A stretch of DNA of 6,341 nucleotides, from contig NW_021829313.1 in NCBI RefSeq assembly GCF_006345805.1, positions 1 through 6,341 on the forward strand, written 5' to 3'. The number at the start of each line of letters is the position of its first letter. Position 1 is the first letter of the stretch. The notes under the pieces were generated by a model. It was not told where the DNA came from. It did not search any database and saw nothing but the letters and a program-made list of their open reading frames with translations. Of this stretch, positions 1-6,341 are shown in pieces. The position numbers were made by a program, and so were the translations under genes. The stretch comes from Octopus sinensis (taxonomy: Eukaryota).

Positions 1-112
1 CCCCTCTCTCCTATACACACACACACACACATACGTACTCTCTGTCACTTTTCCGCTCTTTTCTCCTCTCACTCTTTCCTGCTCTCCCTCTGTCTCTTTT
101 CCTTTCTCTCCC

Positions 113-149
<37 letters not shown>

Positions 150-270
150 TATATATATACAGGAACACGCACAATAAAAACGCGCACACGCAATCTCTGT
201 CTCCTTTTCACTCTCTCGCTTTCTCTCTGTTGTGCTCTCCCTCTCTCTCTCTCTCTTTTCATTGTCTCTC
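1..270. repeat. Pyrimidine-rich (CT)n/(CA)n/(TA)n microsatellite mosaic, putative promoter/5' leader
   Basis: Runs such as ctctctctct and acacacacac (e.g. ~110-160) lie immediately upstream of the coding exon. Confidence 0.85.
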
Positions 271-344
271 CTTCTGTACGGTCGGCAAATAACGACCAGA
301 ATATTTCGTAATATTTCGGAGAGTGATAACAAGTAAAACGACGA

Positions 345-407
345 CAACAACAACAACAACAACAACAACAACAGCAACGCCGTCGACGACGACGACGACG
401 GCGGCGC
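345..407 (+). repeat. Triplet repeats (CAA)9-CAG-CAA followed by (CGN)10
   Basis: caa at 345-371, cag, caa, then cgc cgt cga x5 cgg cgg cgc at 378-407. Confidence 0.9.
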
Positions 408-420
408 CACATTGCTTCCA

Positions 421-468
421 ATGTCATCGTTGAACCGAACATTTTGCTACCAGAAAATCGTGCCGTAA
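421..468 (+). promoter_or_regulatory. Upstream ORF, 15 aa (MSSLNRTFCYQKIVP*), out of frame, ending 2 nt before the main ATG
   Basis: ATG 421-423, TAA 466-468, then TA and ATG 471. Existence is read directly from the sequence; function is unproven. Confidence 0.55.
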
Positions 469-470
469 TA

Positions 471-2190
471 ATGGTGGTCAGTGACGATGTCCGAACAAGT
501 GACAATGACAACGGTGGGGCAGGCGATAGCGGTGAGGGTGAAGAAGGTGAAGAGGAAGAGGTAGAGGAAGAAGAAGAAGAAGGGGAGGAGGAGGAAGAGG
601 AGGAGGAGGAAGTGGCAGTAGCAGTAGAAGTAGAAGAAGTAGAAGAGGAAGAAGAAGAGGAAGAAGTGGAAGTGGAGGAAGAAGGAGAGGACGGCGAAGT
701 GGAAGAAGAAGAGGAGGAGGAGACGTTGGTCGTGGTACCTACTGATGACAGCAATGACGACGCGGACGTCAACATTAACGTGGACGTCACTGAAGAGGCC
801 AGCGTCCGCAACAACGGCGCGAAACCTCGACCTTATGGAGAGCAGCACTACCAGAATATCTTTAGCTCATCGCTGGCCAACGAGACAAGCTTGGCCGGCA
901 ATCATCCGATCGCCGGTTCAAATGATTCTATAGCAGCTAATGAACTGGTGCGTCACAGACATACCAACAACAACAACAACGCCAGCTGTAACAACAGCAG
1001 CAACAACAGCAACGGTAGCAGCAGTAATAATAACAAACATAACAACAACCACAATAACAACAATTATAAAAACAAATTTCCAAGGACTGCATTTAGCATT
1101 AGCCAAAGTTATTCTTTGGGTGAGATTCACCCACGGAAAAGAAACCGCGTTCGAAATCAGTCTATGGACTTTAATAACTCCGTATCGGATCTGAGTAATT
1201 ATGAGACGAGGGACGCTGCAAACCCGATAACAGGGGGCCTAAAGCATACAGCAAACTCTGGAGAAGAGGATTTAGAAAGGTCGCCATTATCTCAGGAACT
1301 CAACAAGACTGCCATGCGGCAACCGACAGCCTTTTCTGTTGATGATATCCTCAGCCCTACTAAATTTAGAGGGGCTGAAAAACCTGCCAACGCAAGGATC
1401 GTAATGGGCGCGTCAAGTTTTCTCCATCCAGTGCTCGTGACAGCACCGCCGGGTTATTCGTTCGGGCCCGGACGTAGACTGAACTGCGTGTCACCTCTGA
1501 TAAATAAAAGTAATTGCTCTGTTGGCCCGGGGACAGTCACAAACAATACAAACTCGAAAAACTCTGCGTTAAACATAAACCCAACAGCTTCCGAAGTGGT
1601 GGCCAGGGCGGTGGGTTCGAGTTCCGCTAGAGGAGGTTATAACATCTATACGGAGCCGAATTTACACCCGGACTTAAAGGATAATGAACTTTCGCCGCTT
1701 TCTTCGGCTGCAATGGGGACTGCCTTAAACACACAGAGACTGGTCGATTGGTCAGCTGGTCCATGGCTGCTTCGGGACGGAAAGCTGCCGTCCACCTGTA
1801 TACACGAGGCCTATGAATCAGCCGTGGCGGCAGCGGCCGCGGCAGCCGCGTCGGCGGCAGCGGCGGCAGCGGCAGGGCCAACGCCATGTGACGACCCAGA
1901 GGCTGAAATTGAAAGTGAAACTAGAATTGAGGCCGATGGTGCAGGTGGGGTCGATGTGCGAGTGGATCCACCAGTTGTTGTCACAGCCACCCAACCACCA
2001 GTATCATCATCATCGCGGTTGTCATCATCATTAGTATCATCATCATCTTTATTATCATCATCATCTTCATCTTCATCCTCATCATCATCCTCATCTTCAT
2101 CATCACTTACACCGACTTTATTATTTTCTTCGTCTACCTCGGCGGCGGAATGTCATCGTACGTTGTCTTTACTCCATTCACGGCGAAACG
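471..2190 (+). CDS. Nkx1: First (or first visible) coding exon of a probable eh1-containing homeobox transcription factor, tentatively NK1/slouch (Nkx1) family; homeodomain not in window
   Basis: The only long non-microsatellite ORF. First in-frame ATG at 471 is in good context (ataATGg). Open to a canonical donor AACG|GTAAGT at 2190/2191 (phase 1), followed by an abrupt shift to AT-rich sequence. Encodes TAFSVDDILSPTKF (1326-1367), matching eh1 FS(I/V)xxIL and the NK1-type extension FSVxDILxPxKF (cf. Nkx1-2 SFSVLDILDPQKF, recalled). Has a basic NLS-like PRKRNRVR and homopolymer tracts typical of developmental TFs. Exon status ~0.85; family assignment ~0.55 because it rests on one motif. Confidence 0.75.
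534..722 (+). repeat. Coding GAR-rich repeat encoding an acidic poly-Glu tract (46 E in 63 codons)
   Basis: Direct translation and count. Confidence 0.9.
963..1064 (+). repeat. Coding AAC/AGC repeat encoding a poly-Asn/Ser tract
   Basis: Translation TNNNNNASCNNSSNNSNGSSSNNNKHNNNHNNNN. Confidence 0.85.
1131..1154 (+). other. Candidate monopartite nuclear localisation signal PRKRNRVR
   Basis: Fits K(K/R)x(K/R) preceded by P; the motif is short and could be chance. Confidence 0.4.
1326..1367 (+). other. eh1/TN (engrailed homology 1) Groucho/TLE co-repressor-binding motif, TAFSVDDILSPTKF
   Basis: Direct translation; fits FS(I/V)xxIL followed by xPxKF as in NK1-family proteins. Confidence 0.8.
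1821..1874 (+). repeat. Coding GCN repeat encoding a poly-Ala tract (AVAAAAAAAASAAAAAAA)
   Basis: Direct translation; poly-Ala is common in repressor-type homeodomain proteins. Confidence 0.9.
2004..2105 (+). repeat. Coding TCA/TCT repeat encoding a poly-Ser tract
   Basis: Direct translation. Confidence 0.9.
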
Positions 2191-2197
2191 GTAAGTA
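2188..2197 (+). other. Canonical U2-type 5' splice site (ACG|GTAAGTA)
   Basis: Perfect GTAAGT at 2191-2196, three codons before the ORF stop and at the GC-to-AT compositional boundary. Confidence 0.85.
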
Positions 2198-2299
2198 AAT
2201 GTCATTATATTCTAAAAAAATTTCATCTCATATGTCAAAGAAGTAAAATTACACACTAAAAATATACACATGCATACACAGACACAGACACATACATAT

Positions 2300-2307
2300 A
2301 AATGATA

Positions 2308-2347
<40 letters not shown>

Positions 2348-2510
2348 TATATATAAATTATATATATACGTATATATATATATATATATATAATATATAA
2401 TATATATATATTATATATATATGTATATATATATATATGTATGTATGTATACATATAATTATACATATATATATTATATATTATATTATATATTATATAC
2501 ACACATATAT
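2300..2510. repeat. Interrupted (TA)n microsatellite
   Basis: Visible TA runs. Confidence 0.9.
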
Positions 2511-2728
2511 AATTTCTTTCATTGTCATTGATATTTCTCAATTATTTTGCATTGTTTACTAATTATATTCTGTACCAAGCCATCAGTCTTGTAAATGTGA
2601 TATATTAAATTGTGATCACCCAGGTATTGCATCATTGTCATTATATGTTCTATTAATGAACCATTTTTCAGGTTAATTACATGTTTCATATCCCACATTT
2701 GCATCTCCATATTCATGTGAATATGCAT

Positions 2729-2815
2729 TTATATATATATATATATATGTTGACTATGTAATAGATACGTATGTATAATATATATATATACATATATATA
2801 TATATATTACATACC

Positions 2816-2862
<47 letters not shown>

Positions 2863-2870
2863 ATATATGC
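2729..2870. repeat. Interrupted (TA)n microsatellite
   Basis: Visible TA runs. Confidence 0.9.
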
Positions 2871-3049
2871 ATAATGCATACATATGTAATCTATTACATA
2901 GGTCAACAACATAGGTTTGAAGATGTACAATTTTATCACAAACTATGAGACTTAAACACAATGGAGGAGAGGTAACGGTTATTTAGTAGAATTTCAACTG
3001 TATCACTTCCTTTTTTACTAAAAGAACTTCCCGAATATATATACCTTTC

Positions 3050-3330
3050 TATGTGTGTGTGTTGTTACGTATATATACGTGTATGATATATGTATACATG
3101 TAATTAAATATGTAAATATGTATATATATATATATATATACATACATATGTATATATATATATATATATATATACATACATGCATATAGATATGTGTATA
3201 TATATATATGTATATATATATATACATATAGAGAGAGACATACATATATACACACATATATACATACATACATACATACATACATACATACATACATACA
3301 TACATACATACATACATACATACATGCATA
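3050..3330. repeat. Compound (TG)n/(TA)n/(CATA)n microsatellite
   Basis: Clean (CATA)n array at about 3260-3326, preceded by TA runs. Confidence 0.9.
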
Positions 3331-3683
3331 TGTATAGTTTGATATCAGCAGCGAAATTATCATGTTTCCGTTCGTCCGATAGTTGTACATGTGATATAAC
3401 AGTTTATTTCATGCACTATGAGGATTTTAATTCAGTATGCATCACAAATGTCCGACAAACGGGGGTGTGAAACTCTGAGTATAACCCTTGTGATAATTTT
3501 GCAGCTACAATGAAAAGTATATTATTCTATGTACTATCTTTCCCGCCTTGTTTTCCATTTACGTGGTCACCTTTCATGCGCATATGTATGTATATATATA
3601 TATAGTTGAGTATAGAAATTCGGGGTGAGTACTTGATAATTATAAGCACCTGTGTATACCGTTTGCTGGTGTAGGTGGTGGAG

Positions 3684-3854
3684 TAAATTGATCAAAATAA
3701 AATAAAAACATGATGCGAAGGATTCATGCGGTACATATTTTCGGGCCTTTATTAGACAGATTTATACATTATGCATTGTTATAAATCTGTCTAATAAAGG
3801 CCCGAAACATGTACCGCTGAATCCTTCGCATCATGTTTTTTATTTATTTTGATC

Positions 3855-3859
<5 letters not shown>
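3684..3859. repeat. Long inverted repeat / fold-back (arms ~83 and 80 bp, ~13-nt spacer); possible MITE
   Basis: 3684-3766 is the near-perfect reverse complement of 3780-3859. Perfect blocks of 28 bp (3739-3766/3780-3807) and 23 bp (3704-3726/3818-3840); about 6 differences overall; TA at both ends. Confidence 0.92.

Positions 3860-3906
<47 letters not shown>
3857..3906. repeat. Pure (TA)n microsatellite abutting the fold-back element
   Basis: Uninterrupted tatata run directly after the right arm. Confidence 0.95.
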
Positions 3907-3969
3907 TTGTATGCGTGTTTCTATCAGTTGTATATATAGAGCTGCTGCCAACGGGAATATAATGTTTGT

Positions 3970-4058
3970 GCATATATAATATATATGTATATATAGATAA
4001 TATAAATAATGTATATATGCATATATACATACGTATATGTACATATTTACATCAGTAC

Positions 4059-4103
<45 letters not shown>

Positions 4104-4325
4104 TATGCTTAGTGGGCACAGGACGTCACGAAACCGTGTACAACAAAAGATACGACTATGAGTACATGAGTACATGGAATGCGACACAAATGAAAAAAAC
4201 AAAGCAAATACCATAAAGAACGACCCTTCATCATTGTTGGCTGTTATTCTCCTCTCGTATTTCGAGCACACACACACATATATATATATATATTATATAT
4301 ATATATAATATAATATACATATGCT

Positions 4326-4374
<49 letters not shown>

Positions 4375-4442
4375 TATAGTATAAAATATATATATATGTA
4401 TGTAAATATTTATGTGTATTTATGTATATATATATATATATT
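3970..4442. repeat. Two (TA)/(CA)/(TG)-rich microsatellite blocks (~3970-4100, ~4266-4442) flanking a short unique island
   Basis: Visible dinucleotide runs. Confidence 0.85.
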
Positions 4443-4762
4443 TATTGTTTTAAACCTGTTATACGTTTCACTTATTATCGAACTGCGACCAAGCTGGATC
4501 ATACCCTATAGAAGTTTGCTCGACCGATTTGAGCTCAGTTAATATATTCAATATATCGTACTCATTGTCTTTCGGATGAAAACAAACGAAAATCGGTTTT
4601 TAGGTGCATTGATTGTATCACATTAAGCATATGTTTGTGCTCGTATTTGTAAGTATGTACAAGAGCACTTATATGAGTGTACGCCTGTACACGCCTGTGT
4701 GTGTAGAAGCTTGTCTGCCTGCGTATATGCATGCATGTATAATTTATAAATATAAAGTTGTT

Positions 4763-4763
<1 letters not shown>

Positions 4764-4801
<38 letters not shown>

Positions 4802-4884
4802 TGTATATATGTATACATATACATACAACATATAAATATATATATATACATATATACATACACACACACACACACATATATATA

Positions 4885-4926
<42 letters not shown>

Positions 4927-5195
4927 TATATATATATATATATACATATATATATGTCAAATATATATATATATTATATAATACGACTGATATGTATATG
5001 CGCACAGGCATCTAAACACACAGTTGCTCGCCCGCGTCGGTGATGCTTTTTCTTTACAAAAGTTTAAAGTACATAATATATCGGTTTATACCCATATATA
5101 AATATGGATGTGTATATATATATGAATATCTATATATATACATCTGTATATATATAATATATATATATATATATAATATATGTATATGTATATAT
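4764..5195. repeat. (TA)n/(CA)n microsatellite blocks (~4764-4995, ~5095-5195)
   Basis: Visible dinucleotide runs. Confidence 0.85.
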
Positions 5196-5509
5196 AAACA
5201 CGAGCACACAGAGACACACGCGCACACACATATACTTCATACGTACGCAAATAATCATGTGTCATTCTAGCGTCGAATTATGGAGGCACTACTCATTCCT
5301 ACGATCTTCAAACCGGTCAAAATCCTTAAAAAACTGCAGAAGACATGCCTGTAAAATACTATTTTAAGAACAGTAATGGATTAAATGACATTATTTTGTT
5401 TATTGAAATAAATTTTTGCAAACAAATCATGACTATTTACTTATGAGGTAATAGTGTGATGTATATATATATATATATATATCTATATATATATATATAT
5501 ATATATATA

Positions 5510-5732
5510 TTTCTTTACTACCCACAAGAGGCTAAACAGTGAGAGGACAAACAAGGACAGTGAAACGGATTAATTCGATTATATCGACCTCCAGTGCGTA
5601 ACTGGTACTTAATTTATCGACCGCGAAAGGATGAAAGGCAAAGTCGACCTCGGCGGAATTTGAACTTAGAACATGACGGCAACGAAATACGGCTTTTAGC
5701 CGGCGTACTAACATTTCTGCCAGTGCGCGGCG
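5510..5732 (-). mobile_element. tRNA-derived SINE (Octopus-type), antisense to the host gene
   Basis: On the minus strand: A-box-like TGGCAGAAATGTTAG (5708-5722) and B-box-like GTTCAAATTCC (5655-5665). A central GAGGTCGACTTTGCCTTTCATCCTTTCGCGGTCGATAAATTAAGTACCAG segment matches my recollection of a high-copy Octopus SINE. The 3' end runs into a (TA)n tail (5461-5510). Family name not assigned. Confidence 0.8.
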
Positions 5733-5783
5733 ACATACATACATATATACATGCCTGCATATATGTAACATGTATATATATGC

Positions 5784-5829
<46 letters not shown>

Positions 5830-6132
5830 TAGATATATATATTCATATATATATATATATAATATATATATATATAGACATGTATATATATATAGATATA
5901 TATTATATATAATATATATATAATCATATAATATATATATATAATACTTATATAAATTATAATATATATATTTATACATATTCTATATATATATATATTA
6001 TATATATTATATATATATATATCTATTATACCACAATAAATATATATATATATATATATATATTTATTATATATATACATATATATATATTCGTTATATA
6101 TATATATATTATTATATATATATGTATGTATA
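5733..6132. repeat. Long interrupted (TA)n microsatellite field adjacent to the SINE 5' end
   Basis: Visible dinucleotide runs. Confidence 0.9.
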
Positions 6133-6270
6133 CATGCAAACAAAAAATTTTGGTAATTTGCTTGGTATGGGAATAAATCTATTTAAAAACGTCTTCACGT
6201 TTTTCACACCCCAAAACAAATTATTGTATAGTTTTTTCCTGCATGGCAACACACGTTTTCAATCCATGTC

Positions 6271-6289
6271 TGTGTGTGTGTGTGTGTGT
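6271..6289. repeat. (TG)n microsatellite
   Basis: tgtgtgtgtgtgtgtgtgt. Confidence 0.9.
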
Positions 6290-6341
6290 ATATTGGTCAC
6301 TAACTGGGACTAGAGTTTTAGAAACCCCGACATTGCTAGAA

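Larger units (their letters stand above)
2191..6341 (+). other. Probable intron (incomplete; no convincing downstream coding exon found)
   Basis: Follows the donor site; very AT-rich and dominated by microsatellites; no homeobox-like translation (e.g. RxRTAFT...WFQNRR) seen. Confidence 0.7.

Noticed and set aside
300-319. Tandem aatatttcg(t/g) duplication; similarly atgagtac x2 near 4157-4172
   Set aside because: Two-copy slippage duplications with no spacers; not CRISPR-like and no evident function.
444-470. TTG start given by the ORF track
   Set aside because: Prokaryotic start-codon convention; the locus is eukaryotic and the first in-frame ATG is at 471.
1-722. Possible long-range pairing of the CT-rich leader with the GA-rich poly-Glu region
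   Set aside because: Complementarity is only compositional (CTCT vs GAAGAG); no extended exact match seen.
11-814. 267-aa minus-strand ORF (poly-S, R10, C-run, ER repeats)
   Set aside because: Antisense shadow of the GAR, CAA/CGN and CT repeats, which lack stops on that strand; no domain-like sequence.
745-2034. Short alternative-frame or antisense ORFs overlapping the main exon (745..933, 918..1130, 940..1194, 1627..1887, 1813..2034)
   Set aside because: Explained by triplet-repeat and GC-rich codon structure of the main frame; no independent coding signal.
444-2198. Complete single-exon 584-aa gene ending at TAA 2198
   Set aside because: The stop lies inside a perfect GTAAGT donor and no DNA-binding domain has appeared yet; more likely an exon spliced at 2190.
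2655-2680. ttttcag|gttaat: possible acceptor or recursive (AG|GT) splice site
   Set aside because: Use as an exon gives an immediate in-frame stop (GGT TAA), and GTTAAT is a weak donor; not supportable without junction reads.
2708-2725. Short palindrome catattca-tg-tgaatatg
   Set aside because: An 8-bp AT-rich stem is expected by chance.
5532-5923. Non-repetitive-looking peptide parts of ORFs 5594..5923 (+) and 5532..6143 (-)
   Set aside because: They are translations of the SINE body fused to TA repeats.
2347-6143. Numerous Y/I/M/C/V/H/T-rich ORFs on both strands
   Set aside because: Translations of (TA)n, (CA)n and (CATA)n microsatellites, which contain few stop codons.
6185-6204. Short hairpin aaaaacgt-cttc-acgttttt, terminator-like
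   Set aside because: 8-bp stem, eukaryotic intron context; chance level.

Overview
Eukaryotic (animal) genomic DNA, most likely octopus/coleoid cephalopod. This is inferred from the dense (TA)n/(CA)n/(CATA)n microsatellites and a tRNA-derived SINE resembling the abundant Octopus SINE as I remember it. The window holds a CT-rich leader (1-270) and one long GC-balanced coding exon on + (ATG 471 to a perfect GTAAGT splice donor at 2191). The exon encodes a low-complexity protein (poly-E, poly-N, poly-A, poly-S) with an eh1 Groucho-binding motif, TAFSVDDILSPTKF, resembling the NK1/slouch (Nkx1) homeobox family. The rest (2191-6341) looks like an AT-rich intron; no homeobox exon is visible. The intron contains a striking ~176-bp near-perfect fold-back (3684-3859), an antisense SINE (~5510-5732) and a Sox/POU motif cluster. 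The leader has a uORF and an ATG-less in-frame Q11-R10 extension. Nearly all other ORFs in the track are microsatellite artefacts. I see no clear evidence of a new multi-gene system.
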